From assembly GCA_044368655.1 (NCBI GenBank), contig JBIPPB010000001.1, forward strand, positions 154,918 through 218,917: 64,000 nt of DNA, read 5' to 3'. Below, in pieces: positions 1 through 9,522 of this stretch (the first letter of the stretch is position 1; each line of letters opens with the position of its first letter). The notes below the pieces were generated by a model, which did no database searches, was not told the origin of the DNA, and worked only from the letters and a program-made list of their open reading frames with translations. Origin of the DNA: Chitinophagales bacterium (lineage in GTDB: Bacteria > Bacteroidota > Bacteroidia > Chitinophagales > JADJOU01). The position numbers and the translations under genes were made by a program.

Positions 1-493
1 AAAAATGCGACCTTTTCATTTTGGTGGCGAAATGATAAAAGAAGTTTTTTTAGATCGATTTACGATTAATGAACTGCCCTACAAATTTGAAGCAGGAACA
101 CCAAATATCGCGGATGTTATTGCATTGAAAGAAGCGGTTGGATTTATTAATAATATTGCATTTGAAAACATTATTGAAATCGAACACCGAATTTATGAGT
201 ACTTATATGCTAAAATGATGGAGTTGGATGAAATAAAAATTTATTCTCCCTATCAAAAAAGTATAGGCGCCTTATCATTTAATATTCAAGAGGTCCATCC
301 ATATGATGTTGGTCAAATGCTTGATTCGCAAGGCATCGCTATTCGCACAGGACATCACTGTTGCCAGCCACTCATGCGAGCACTAAATATCGAAGGAACG
401 TGTAGGGCTTCATTAAGTATTTATAACACCGAAGAAGAAATCGATCAATTTATAAATGTTTTAAAAAGGGTTATTAAAATATTAAAACCTTAA
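1..493 (+). CDS. sufS: Cysteine desulfurase (SufS/CsdA family), C-terminal fragment; 5' end lies outside the window
   Basis: The frame is open to the window edge. The C-terminal active-site loop RTGHHCCQPLM with the catalytic Cys, followed by RASLSIYNTEEEID, is typical of group II cysteine desulfurases. Confidence 0.85.
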   Translation, partial: KMRPFHFGGEMIKEVFLDRFTINELPYKFEAGTPNIADVIALKEAVGFINNIAFENIIEIEHRIYEYLYAKMMELDEIKIYSPYQKSIGALSFNIQEVHPYDVGQMLDSQGIAIRTGHHCCQPLMRALNIEGTCRASLSIYNTEEEIDQFINVLKRVIKILKP

Positions 494-568
494 AAACGTT
501 AAAAGATTTGAATTGTATCTTGATTTTTATATGAAATCATTACTTTTGCTTAATTAACTTTTTTGAAT

Positions 569-3500
569 ATGAAATCCAAAATTCTTTTTAGTGTCTTATT
601 TTTCTTTCTAGTTTGTCTAAATACAGGTTACGCTCAAGAGAAATATTTTGATCCACAGCCACAAAACTTTTTAAGTCAACTAAAAACCCTTTTTAAAGAA
701 AATGGCAAAGAAGAATTGATGGAATTATATAAAAAATTAGAGCAAGATTATAAAGAGCAAAAAATTAGTGATAAGCAGCAAGAAAGAATGGTAGATATTC
801 TAAATATCATGCATTTTAGAAAAATGCAGGTTTATCCGTATTATCGCAATTTTATTGAAGCCGCCAATATGGCCCATCAATCCGGTTATGATGAAGTTTT
901 TTTGGATCGATGGTATAGTTATGTTAAAGGCGTTCTTAAAAATGCAAAAGTTGGGCAAAATAAAGATTTTAATTTATTCATTGATTTTTCAAATGATTTA
1001 TTTTCAAAAAATTGTTTGGTGGCCGATAAATCCAAAAATTGGATGATTGATTCTAAAGATTTAAATTTTAGTTATATTGATGGAAAAACGTATGTAAAAA
1101 TTGTCAATACAAATTTAAAAGGGTTTTTTGATAAAGATACCTTAACGATTTATAATACTAATGGTATTTATAGTGTCAACGATAAATTATGGAAAGGCGA
1201 TAAAGGAAAAATCACTTGGCAGCGTGTGGGGCTTCCTGCAGAGGCATTTATTGGCAATTATATTATTGATATGACCAAAAGTGAATATGAAGTGGATTCG
1301 GCTCGTTTAGTGTATCCTGAATTTTTTGGTCAAGCAATTTATGGAAAGATATTAGATAAAATTACTAAACATTCCGATACCGAAAAAATAAATTATCCGC
1401 AATTTTATTCTTATGGAAAATCGTATAGTTTTAATAATGCCGTAGCTTCCAATGTATTCTGTAGTGGTGGATTTATCATAAAAGGAAAAAAAGTAAATGT
1501 AGGAAGTAAAGATGGTGAAATTGTAAGAGTAGAAATAAAAAATGCGTTAGGAAAACAAATTTTTGCAGCCGAAGGAAGTCTCGCTATTTTTGAAAAAGGT
1601 AAATATATTTCGATGCAAGAATCTCGCATTGTGCTTTATGCAAAAAATGATAGTATTTTTCATCCTTTCTGTCAATTTAAGTATGATGTAGCCAAACGAG
1701 AACTTCGTGTAAATCAAGAATATTTTGGAAGCGGGCGATCAAGATTCAGAAGTTCGTATCATAAAATGAGCTTTGAAACCGAAATGTTAACTTGGAACAT
1801 TGATAGTACAAATATTTTATTACAAAATTTAGTTGGAAAAGGAAAAAATGCCACAAAATTTGTATCCGATCATAATTTTGACAAAAATACCTATAATTTG
1901 GCCCGAACCGCTGCGGTTGATAATGATCCTTTATCCTTATTATCTAAGCTAAACGAACAATATCCGGAAGGCGTATCTGTTGAAGAATTTGCTAAAAAAT
2001 TAGGGCCTGCATTTTCGGTTTCAGCCGTTTTACCCGCAATTTTTATGCTTGAAAAAGAAGGATTTGTAACCTATAAGTCCGTAGAACGAAAAATTATGGT
2101 TAATCAAGATTATGCCAAATTTTACATCATGGCCAATGCAAAACGAAAGGATTATGATATTATTAGATTTAATGGATATGGCGTCGATAAAGTAGGAACG
2201 TATAACACCAAAACAAATGTACTCAAAGCAAGCAATGTAGCTAAAATACCGTTTAACGATTCTTCAAAAGTTTACGCGTATCCAAGCGATACGTCGTCCG
2301 TAATTATTAATAATGATCGAATTTTTGATTTTTCAGGTAAGATTTTTGCCGGCCGAATGGACATTTATGGACAAAATTTTAATTTTAATTACGATTCGTT
2401 TCAACTAAAATCAAAACAAATAAATGTTCTTAAAATTAATATTCCGGGTAAAAAAGATGCAGCTACCGGAGAGGATATTACACAAAAACCATTGGCTTCT
2501 CAATTAGATAGTTTTAAAGGAATTCTTCAGATTAACAGTCGATTTAATCGATCGGGAAAAGAATCTGCTCGAAAATATCCAATTTTGACAACAACATCAA
2601 ATGCGTATGTTTATTACGATCATTCTCATGTGTTTGGGGGTATTTATAAAAGAGATAAATTCAAGTTTGAAGTTTCTCCATTTAAAAAAGATTCTTTACA
2701 ATATTTTGAACCCGACTTATTAACGTTCGACGGAAAATTATATTCTCACGACATATTTAATGTGTTTCCTGAAAAACTATCAATCCAAAAAGACTTATCA
2801 CTTGGATTTACAACCCAAACGCCACCAACAGGTTTAATTTCATATAAAAATAAAGGGAGTTTTAATGGTCAGGTACATCTGAGCAATCAAGGATTAATAG
2901 GAAAAGGAGTTCAAAAACATCAATCTCTTGAATTAACTGCAGACAGTATTTTGTATTTTCCCGAACGGGCATTTTTGGAAGCACAAAATTTGGAAATGAA
3001 AACACAAAAAATACCCATCGAGCTTCCACAAATATCTGCTCAAAATACACTAGTAGATTGGAAACCTTATCAAGATACAATGGTTTTAGTAGCACCAAAA
3101 GCCAAGCCATTTAGTATGTTTGACAAAGCTACAGAAATGCATGGGGTATTAACATTAACCAATTTAGGACTTTTTGGAAAAGGTTATCTAGATTTTCCTG
3201 AGGCCAAAATTGCTTCAAACCAAATGGTTTTTAAATCTAAAATAATGACTGCTGATACGTCTTCAATGGAAATTAAAAGTATCGGAAACAAAGTAACATT
3301 TAAAACCCCCAATGTAAGCACCAAAATGGATTTTGAACGTAAAATTGGAGAGTTTAAATCGAACGCTGCAGATATTTCCACGATTTTTGCTGAAAATAAA
3401 TATAAAGCCGAAATTAATGAGTTTACTTGGGATATGAATAAGAAGATTTTAACATTTACGTCTCCTCCAAATAGTATTGGTTCTAAGTTTACTTCGATTC

Positions 3501-5566
3501 ATCCCGACCAAGATAGCCTTTTCTTTTTTGCAAAAAAAGCAGAATATAACATGACCTCATCCATTATAAAAGTGGAAGGAGCAGAGGAAATTCGTATTGC
3601 AGATAGTAGAGTAATGCCTTTTGAAGGTAAGTTAACCATTTTACCAGATGCCAAAATGCAAACGCTAGAAAATGCCATTATTGAAGGTGATACAAGTAAT
3701 GCTTGGCATGTTTTTGATAAATGCAAATTAAACATTCATGGTAAAAATGACATGGTTGGTATAGGTAACTATACTTTAAAAGTTAATAATAAAGATCATG
3801 CGATTTCGCTTACATCCATTCGTGTAGCTAAGAAAGAAGTAGGGAAAGATAAAAAAAGAATGCCAATTATTGCAAGTACAATAGAAGGTAAAGGAATGGT
3901 AAAACAAGATCAAGATTTTAAATTATATCGAAATGTTGATTTTTATGGAGAAGTAACTGTATTTATGAATCAAATGTTTCCGCATTTTTCGGGCCAACAA
4001 AGAATCTTATTTGATGTGCCTAGTTATAAAACACCTTGGTTTTCGGTCGATAATACGATCAATGTAGAATCGTTTCAATTTATAAATAAAAATTTAGCAA
4101 CTAAAGATGGCGATGCATTAGTAACTGGTTTTATTGTAGATCGTTCGGAAGACGCTCCAAAAGGATTATATACTTCTATTTTAAATAAACTTAATAATCC
4201 TCAAGATCAAATTGCGATGGATTGTCGAGGTGTCGTAAGTCATAATGCGGAGAAGAATATGTATGTTTTTGGAGACTCTTCAAAAATAATAGCCAATCAA
4301 AAACAAGGCAATAAAATGGAATATAAAGATTCATCAGGAATTATTAAATCCGAAGGATTGTTTGATCCTAAATTAAAAATGGGAGGAATTCCTGTTGTTT
4401 TAGGAGGAACGATAGATAATAACATCGTTGAACAAAAATATGATTTTAACGTAACTGCGGCAATGAAAATTCAAATAGATCCAAGAATTTTAAATGTTTT
4501 AGCCAATACAATTTTTGTTGAGTTTGAAGAAAGTAAAGATATTTCTTATGACAAAAGTCAAACAAAAAAACAATTAGAACAAATTTTATTTCCACAAGAA
4601 ATTAAAAAAATAGAGGATGACATAGCAAAATCAGGCTTGCCGATGTCGGCGCCAAAGATTTCACCGTATAATTTATATTTAACCAATTTAGCTTTAGAAT
4701 GGGATAAAGAGGATTTGTGTTATCGATCAAGAGGCGCTTTTGGATTATCAAGCATGGGTGGAATAATGATTAATAAAGAAGTGGTAGGGTTTTTAGAAAT
4801 GGGATATGGAGAATATCAAGATTTTTTTAATTTATATTTTAAAGCTAAAAATAAAGAATGGTTTTATATCACTTACTCCGATGGTGTTTTAGGATTGGTA
4901 AGTTCTAACGAGAATTTTAATAATATGCTTTCGGCGGTAGATCCTAAAAAAAGATATGTAAGAAAAAATGAAAAGGAGTTTTATAAATTTATGCCTGCCG
5001 GAAATTATGAAGCCGACCAGTTTTATAAAAGAATGCGAAATGGAGGTAAATTCGCAACAGAAGATAAATCAAAATATTTTGGATTTGAAAAACCAGATTA
5101 TTCCGAAAAAGATTTGAAAGAGGCTGAAAAATTTGAAGAATCTACGCCAGAGTTAGAAGCAATAAAAAGAGAAAATGCGATTCAAGATAGCTTGATTGAA
5201 GCCATGGAAAAGAAAATTGCCGATGAAGAAAAGCAAAGAGAAGAAGAGCGCATTAATAGTAAAAAAAGCTTGAGAGAACGCATGGAAGAATCTTTGAAAA
5301 AGGCCCAAGAGTCCGAAATTGAAGATATTGTAAAAGATGAACCTGCAACTGAGGCTCCAAAAGAAGAAATACCTTCGGAAAATACGCCAAAAGAAGAGTC
5401 TCCAAAAGAAGAGCCCCCTGTTAAAACGGAAGAACAAAAGAGCGAAGATGGAGAGGAAAAAGCGCCTACACCAGATATAGAAAAACAGGATGGTGAGCGA
5501 AATCAAGAAACAACGCCTCCAGCTAAAAAAGAAATTCCGGAAGATTTATTTAATAAATATTTTTAA
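569..5566 (+). CDS. Very large exported protein of unknown function (about 1665 aa) with an acidic Pro/Glu/Lys-rich disordered C-terminal tail
   Basis: Uninterrupted 5-kb ORF. The ATG at 569 (the tracked start at 563 is TTG) gives the signal peptide MKSKILFSVLFFFLVCLNTGYA|QE. The last ~140 aa are low complexity with PKEE repeats. I recognised no catalytic motif. Confidence 0.6.
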   Translation: MKSKILFSVLFFFLVCLNTGYAQEKYFDPQPQNFLSQLKTLFKENGKEELMELYKKLEQDYKEQKISDKQQERMVDILNIMHFRKMQVYPYYRNFIEAANMAHQSGYDEVFLDRWYSYVKGVLKNAKVGQNKDFNLFIDFSNDLFSKNCLVADKSKNWMIDSKDLNFSYIDGKTYVKIVNTNLKGFFDKDTLTIYNTNGIYSVNDKLWKGDKGKITWQRVGLPAEAFIGNYIIDMTKSEYEVDSARLVYPEFFGQAIYGKILDKITKHSDTEKINYPQFYSYGKSYSFNNAVASNVFCSGGFIIKGKKVNVGSKDGEIVRVEIKNALGKQIFAAEGSLAIFEKGKYISMQESRIVLYAKNDSIFHPFCQFKYDVAKRELRVNQEYFGSGRSRFRSSYHKMSFETEMLTWNIDSTNILLQNLVGKGKNATKFVSDHNFDKNTYNLARTAAVDNDPLSLLSKLNEQYPEGVSVEEFAKKLGPAFSVSAVLPAIFMLEKEGFVTYKSVERKIMVNQDYAKFYIMANAKRKDYDIIRFNGYGVDKVGTYNTKTNVLKASNVAKIPFNDSSKVYAYPSDTSSVIINNDRIFDFSGKIFAGRMDIYGQNFNFNYDSFQLKSKQINVLKINIPGKKDAATGEDITQKPLASQLDSFKGILQINSRFNRSGKESARKYPILTTTSNAYVYYDHSHVFGGIYKRDKFKFEVSPFKKDSLQYFEPDLLTFDGKLYSHDIFNVFPEKLSIQKDLSLGFTTQTPPTGLISYKNKGSFNGQVHLSNQGLIGKGVQKHQSLELTADSILYFPERAFLEAQNLEMKTQKIPIELPQISAQNTLVDWKPYQDTMVLVAPKAKPFSMFDKATEMHGVLTLTNLGLFGKGYLDFPEAKIASNQMVFKSKIMTADTSSMEIKSIGNKVTFKTPNVSTKMDFERKIGEFKSNAADISTIFAENKYKAEINEFTWDMNKKILTFTSPPNSIGSKFTSIHPDQDSLFFFAKKAEYNMTSSIIKVEGAEEIRIADSRVMPFEGKLTILPDAKMQTLENAIIEGDTSNAWHVFDKCKLNIHGKNDMVGIGNYTLKVNNKDHAISLTSIRVAKKEVGKDKKRMPIIASTIEGKGMVKQDQDFKLYRNVDFYGEVTVFMNQMFPHFSGQQRILFDVPSYKTPWFSVDNTINVESFQFINKNLATKDGDALVTGFIVDRSEDAPKGLYTSILNKLNNPQDQIAMDCRGVVSHNAEKNMYVFGDSSKIIANQKQGNKMEYKDSSGIIKSEGLFDPKLKMGGIPVVLGGTIDNNIVEQKYDFNVTAAMKIQIDPRILNVLANTIFVEFEESKDISYDKSQTKKQLEQILFPQEIKKIEDDIAKSGLPMSAPKISPYNLYLTNLALEWDKEDLCYRSRGAFGLSSMGGIMINKEVVGFLEMGYGEYQDFFNLYFKAKNKEWFYITYSDGVLGLVSSNENFNNMLSAVDPKKRYVRKNEKEFYKFMPAGNYEADQFYKRMRNGGKFATEDKSKYFGFEKPDYSEKDLKEAEKFEESTPELEAIKRENAIQDSLIEAMEKKIADEEKQREEERINSKKSLRERMEESLKKAQESEIEDIVKDEPATEAPKEEIPSENTPKEESPKEEPPVKTEEQKSEDGEEKAPTPDIEKQDGERNQETTPPAKKEIPEDLFNKYF

Positions 5567-5575
5567 TAATTGTTT

Positions 5576-6487
5576 ATGAAATCGATTTATTTAATTTTTT
5601 GGCTGTTTGTTTTATTATTTAATAATACGATTGAAGCTCAAAAAAAGAGCGCAGTAAAAAAAACGACGAAAACTATAAAGGAAGTCCCTGATAGTTTAAA
5701 AAACGGAACGTACAAATGGTATTATAAAATAAATGGCGCTATAGAACGTGAAGAACAATGGAAAAATGGCAAAAAACATGGAAGCCATTGGATTTATTTT
5801 CCAAATGGAAAGGTTTTTGAATACATTGAATATACTGAGGGTAAAAAACAAGGTGCGTATAAACAATATGACCAAAATGGAAATGTAATTCAGTTCGGAT
5901 TTTATACAAATGACCTGGAAGACAAAGAATGGAAATACTATTTTTCAAATGGAAATTTACAAATGGTAAAAAATTATCAAGAAGGAAAAGATCATGGAAA
6001 TACAGTAATGTATGATACTATCGGAATCTTACTTTTAGATGGTAATTATAAAAATGGCAAAAAACACGGCAAGTGGATCGATTATCATGACAATGGTAAA
6101 AAAAGATTAGATGCCTATTTTAAAAATGACAATTACGAGGGGCCATATATGTCGTTTTGGGAAAATGGTCAAATTCAGTCTCAATCCTATTTGATTGATG
6201 GTAAATTAGAAGGACAAGAACAAAAATTTACTCAAGAAGGAAAACCTCAATCTCGATTTACCTATCGAAATGGCATTTTGGCAGGTGCTTTTGAAACGTT
6301 TTATGATGACGGTGCTTTAAAAGAAAATGGTATGTACAAATCGGGGAAATTGGATGGAATGTATAAAGCTTTTTATCAAAATGGAAAAGTAAAAGAAGAA
6401 GGACTATATAACCAAGGTAATAAAAGTGGCAAATGGTTTTATTATGATGCTAAAGGCAAAAAAACAAAAATTAAATACACAAATTAA
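5576..6487 (+). CDS. Exported MORN-repeat-variant protein (YwqK-like repeat family)
   Basis: Signal peptide ending IEA|QKK. About 10 tandem copies of the G-x-W-x-Y-Y/F-x-NG-x-(K/L) motif (e.g. NGKKHGSHWIYFPNGK, NGKKHGKWIDYHDNGK). Starts 10 nt after the giant ORF. Confidence 0.7.
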   Translation: MKSIYLIFWLFVLLFNNTIEAQKKSAVKKTTKTIKEVPDSLKNGTYKWYYKINGAIEREEQWKNGKKHGSHWIYFPNGKVFEYIEYTEGKKQGAYKQYDQNGNVIQFGFYTNDLEDKEWKYYFSNGNLQMVKNYQEGKDHGNTVMYDTIGILLLDGNYKNGKKHGKWIDYHDNGKKRLDAYFKNDNYEGPYMSFWENGQIQSQSYLIDGKLEGQEQKFTQEGKPQSRFTYRNGILAGAFETFYDDGALKENGMYKSGKLDGMYKAFYQNGKVKEEGLYNQGNKSGKWFYYDAKGKKTKIKYTN

Positions 6488-6981
6488 TGACATTAAAAGA
6501 AAAGCTAAGTGAAATTAAAATGGTGCTACTCGATGTAGATGGAACCATGACGGATGGCGGTATTTATGTTAATATGGACGGTTCGCAGTTCAAAAGATTT
6601 CATGCACACGATGGGGAAGGCATTCGAAGAGCTCAAGATGCTGGAATTATTATAGGAATTATAAGCGCGGCAACCTTAGCAAAAGATTTAATAGAAAGTA
6701 GAGCCAAAATGCTCGGCGTTAAATGGGTTCATGCACAACGAAGCTCAAAAGTTGAGGTAGCGAAAACCTGGGCAAAAGAATTGGGTCTTGAACCCAATCA
6801 AATCGCGTTTATGGGAGATGATATTATAGATTTAGAAGTAATGAATTGGTGTGGTGTGGCAGCGGCACCAGCTAATGCGCATCATTCTATCGATGCATGT
6901 GTAGACATTAAAACAAATAAATCTGGAGGCTTTGGAGCGGTAAGAGAATTCTTAGATTTATTACTAGAAAGTCAAAAATAA
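6487..6981 (+). CDS. kdsC: KDO 8-phosphate phosphatase (HAD superfamily, KdsC)
   Basis: HAD motif I LLDVDGTMTDG, motif IV FMGDDIIDLEVM and a ~164-aa size typical of KdsC. TAATG overlap with the upstream gene. Confidence 0.75.
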   Translation: MTLKEKLSEIKMVLLDVDGTMTDGGIYVNMDGSQFKRFHAHDGEGIRRAQDAGIIIGIISAATLAKDLIESRAKMLGVKWVHAQRSSKVEVAKTWAKELGLEPNQIAFMGDDIIDLEVMNWCGVAAAPANAHHSIDACVDIKTNKSGGFGAVREFLDLLLESQK

Positions 6982-6982
6982 G

Positions 6983-7261
6983 TTGAAAAAGTATGTATTG
7001 CTTTTTATATGGTTAGCTATTCCATTTGTTTTAATCGTGCTTCCAAAAGAATTTTTTGACGAAGGGCAAACGATATGCTTATTTACTTTAGCAACGGGAA
7101 AAAATTGTTTGGGTTGCGGTATGACAAAAGCCATCATACGATGTATTCATTTTGACTTTTATGGAGCATGGCAAAAAAATCCATTTAGTTTTCTTATGTT
7201 TCCTCTTCTAATTTTTATTTATATAAAAATGGGGTTAGCAATATATAATAAAAATCTGTAA
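6983..7261 (+). CDS. Small membrane protein, DUF2752-like
   Basis: 92 aa, N-terminal TM segment, CLGCGMTKA (CxxCG-T-[KR]-A) motif characteristic of DUF2752. TTG start. Confidence 0.5.
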   Translation: MKKYVLLFIWLAIPFVLIVLPKEFFDEGQTICLFTLATGKNCLGCGMTKAIIRCIHFDFYGAWQKNPFSFLMFPLLIFIYIKMGLAIYNKNL

Positions 7262-7309
7262 TACAATTCCATCTAAAAATATGTAACTTTGCAATTATTA
7301 AATCAAATT

Positions 7310-7738
7310 CATATGGTTAATATTTCAGTTACAAATGCTCCAATACTTATATTATTAGTTTTTTTTGCAATCACATTTATTCAATCGGGAATAGATAAGC
7401 TTTTAAATACCCAAGGAAATATGGATTGGTTTAAAAGTCAATTTAAAGAGACCTTTCTAAATTCAATTATTGTACCTTCATTTTGGCTGATTACCATTCA
7501 GGAGATTATAGCAGGATTTTCGGCTTTGGCGGTATTTTTTATGATACTTTTTAATTTATCTTTGAGCTATATTCTTTTCTATGTTTTTGTGTTTCAAGCA
7601 TTCGTTTTACTACAATTGTTTTTTGGTCAACGCATTGCAAAAGACTATGTAGGTGCCTCTGGGATTGTACCTTATCTGATTACAAGCATTTTAGCACATT
7701 TTTATTTACTAAATTTTCATACCGTATTATTTAAATGA
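7310..7738 (+). CDS. DoxX-like integral membrane protein
   Basis: Four predicted TM helices and a QSGIDKL motif near helix 1, as in DoxX-family proteins. First ATG is at 7310 (tracked start 7289 is TTG). ATGA overlap with korA. Confidence 0.5.
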   Translation, partial: HMVNISVTNAPILILLVFFAITFIQSGIDKLLNTQGNMDWFKSQFKETFLNSIIVPSFWLITIQEIIAGFSALAVFFMILFNLSLSYILFYVFVFQAFVLLQLFFGQRIAKDYVGASGIVPYLITSILAHFYLLNFHTVLFK

Positions 7739-9522
7739 AAAGTGTTGTAGCTTTATTTGCAGGTGATTCTGGAGATGGAATACAGTTGTTAGGAACCTTA
7801 TTTTCGGACAACATTGCGCTTCAAAAATATAATTTAAAAACGTTTCCAGATTTTCCAGCAGAAATTCGTGCTCCAGCCGGAACCGTTAATGGCGTTTCAG
7901 GTTTTCAAATTCAATGGGGTGGCGCTGATGTATATACGCCAGGCGATGCGGCTGACATTTTTGTAGCCTTTAATGCGGCGGCATTTAAGAAATTTTATCC
8001 ACAAATTTCAAAATCCGCATTAGTCATCTACGATCCCGAAGGTTTTGATTCAAAGAATTGCAAATTGGCACAATTTGATGCTACAGAATTAGACTTCATT
8101 CCAAATCCAAAATTATCGGTTGCTTTAAGTCAGCTTACACAAGATTGTTTAAATGAAACGGAGTTATCAGCAAAAGAAAAAAATCAAAATAAAAATATTT
8201 TTGCGTTAGGACTCTTGCTTTTTGCGGTAGAACATAAATTAGATTCGGTTTTAAACTTAATGCAATCCAAATTTGGCAAAAAACAACAGGTTTTTGATGC
8301 CATGACAAAGACATTAAAAATGGGATTTTATTACGCAGAAACCATTGAGTTTTCAATATCATTTGTAAATGAGATTCCAAAGTTAGATTTTGAAAAAGGC
8401 TTGTATCGAAATATACAAGGTAATACGGCAGTTGCATTAGCGATTGTTGCTTCGAGATGGATTTTTGATAAAACGGTGTTTTTTGGAGGATATCCAATTA
8501 CGCCAGCCTCAGATATTCTTCACGAATTGGTAAAACATAATTATGAAGGCATTGAAATTATGCAAGCCGAAGATGAAATAGCTGCAGTATCTATGGCGAT
8601 TGGTGCTGCATATGGAGGAGCAATAGGAGTTACGGCCTCTTCTGGGCCAGGAATTGATTTAAAACAAGAAGCAATAAGTTTGGCTCAAAGTGCCGAATTA
8701 CCTTTATTGATTATTGATGTTATGCGCGCTGGGCCAAGTACTGGAATGCCTACAAAACTCGAGCAGTCCGATTTAGAAACCGTTTATTATGGTAGACACG
8801 GCGAATCTCCAGTGCCAATTGTAGCTATAAAAAGCCCATCAACAGCATTTGAAACAACACTCAAGGCTATTGAAATTATGATAAAATATCAAACGCCGGT
8901 TTTTTTATTGAGCGATGTTAGTATAGCAAATGGAAGCGAATCATGGAAAATTCCGAATTTGACAAAAACAAATATTCAAAATTCAGAAGATGCAAATCCT
9001 TTTCATCGAAATGAAAATTTGGTAAAACCGTGGATTAAGCCTGGAACACCCGATCGTCAATTTATCATCGGAGGGTTAGAAAAAAATTCGGAAAATGGAG
9101 GGATTAGTTATGATCCAAAGAACCACGAAGTAATGACTCAAATTCGAAGTCAAAAAGTCCAAAATATTGCTAAAGAAATTTCTCAATTGGAATTGGATAC
9201 ACAAATTGAAAATAGCAACACGCTTATCATTTCATGGGGAAGTACATACGGTTCGGTAAAAAGTGCAGTTAAGACTTATAATGAGTCTGAAAAAGAATCG
9301 CCAATTTCACATTTGCACTTAGAATGGATTCATCCATTTCCGTCTAATTTGGACCAAATAATAAATTCGTTTGAAAAAATAGCCGTTGCTGAGCTTAATG
9401 CAGGTCAGTTGGCAAATATTATAGCTTCTCGAATTGGGAAACCAATAGAAAAGATTAATAAAATACAAGGAATTCCATTTTTAACTAATGAATTAATTGA
9501 TGCATTCAAAAATATTAAATAA
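7735..9522 (+). CDS. korA: 2-oxoglutarate/2-oxoacid:ferredoxin (acceptor) oxidoreductase, alpha subunit
   Basis: 595 aa. N-terminal FAGDSGDGIQLLG (gamma-like domain) followed by GGYPITPASDILHEL ... AEDEIAAVSMAIGAAYGG ... SSGPGIDL, typical of KorA. Confidence 0.85.
   Translation: MKSVVALFAGDSGDGIQLLGTLFSDNIALQKYNLKTFPDFPAEIRAPAGTVNGVSGFQIQWGGADVYTPGDAADIFVAFNAAAFKKFYPQISKSALVIYDPEGFDSKNCKLAQFDATELDFIPNPKLSVALSQLTQDCLNETELSAKEKNQNKNIFALGLLLFAVEHKLDSVLNLMQSKFGKKQQVFDAMTKTLKMGFYYAETIEFSISFVNEIPKLDFEKGLYRNIQGNTAVALAIVASRWIFDKTVFFGGYPITPASDILHELVKHNYEGIEIMQAEDEIAAVSMAIGAAYGGAIGVTASSGPGIDLKQEAISLAQSAELPLLIIDVMRAGPSTGMPTKLEQSDLETVYYGRHGESPVPIVAIKSPSTAFETTLKAIEIMIKYQTPVFLLSDVSIANGSESWKIPNLTKTNIQNSEDANPFHRNENLVKPWIKPGTPDRQFIIGGLEKNSENGGISYDPKNHEVMTQIRSQKVQNIAKEISQLELDTQIENSNTLIISWGSTYGSVKSAVKTYNESEKESPISHLHLEWIHPFPSNLDQIINSFEKIAVAELNAGQLANIIASRIGKPIEKINKIQGIPFLTNELIDAFKNIK

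Noticed and set aside
5153-5506. Antisense ORFs inside long genes: 5153-5506, 8135-8497, 11790-12107, 18408-18833, 19376-19720, 44130-44444 and 47892-48221.
   Set aside because: Each lies fully within a well-supported gene on the opposite strand. They have low-complexity or repetitive translations and no recognisable motifs, so they are typical shadow ORFs.
9497-9522. The 23-26-nt overlap of the korA end and the M28 peptidase start, considered as a frameshift or fusion artefact hiding korB.
   Set aside because: KorA ends like full-length homologues. The downstream ORF begins with its own clean signal peptide and is clearly M28, not KorB.
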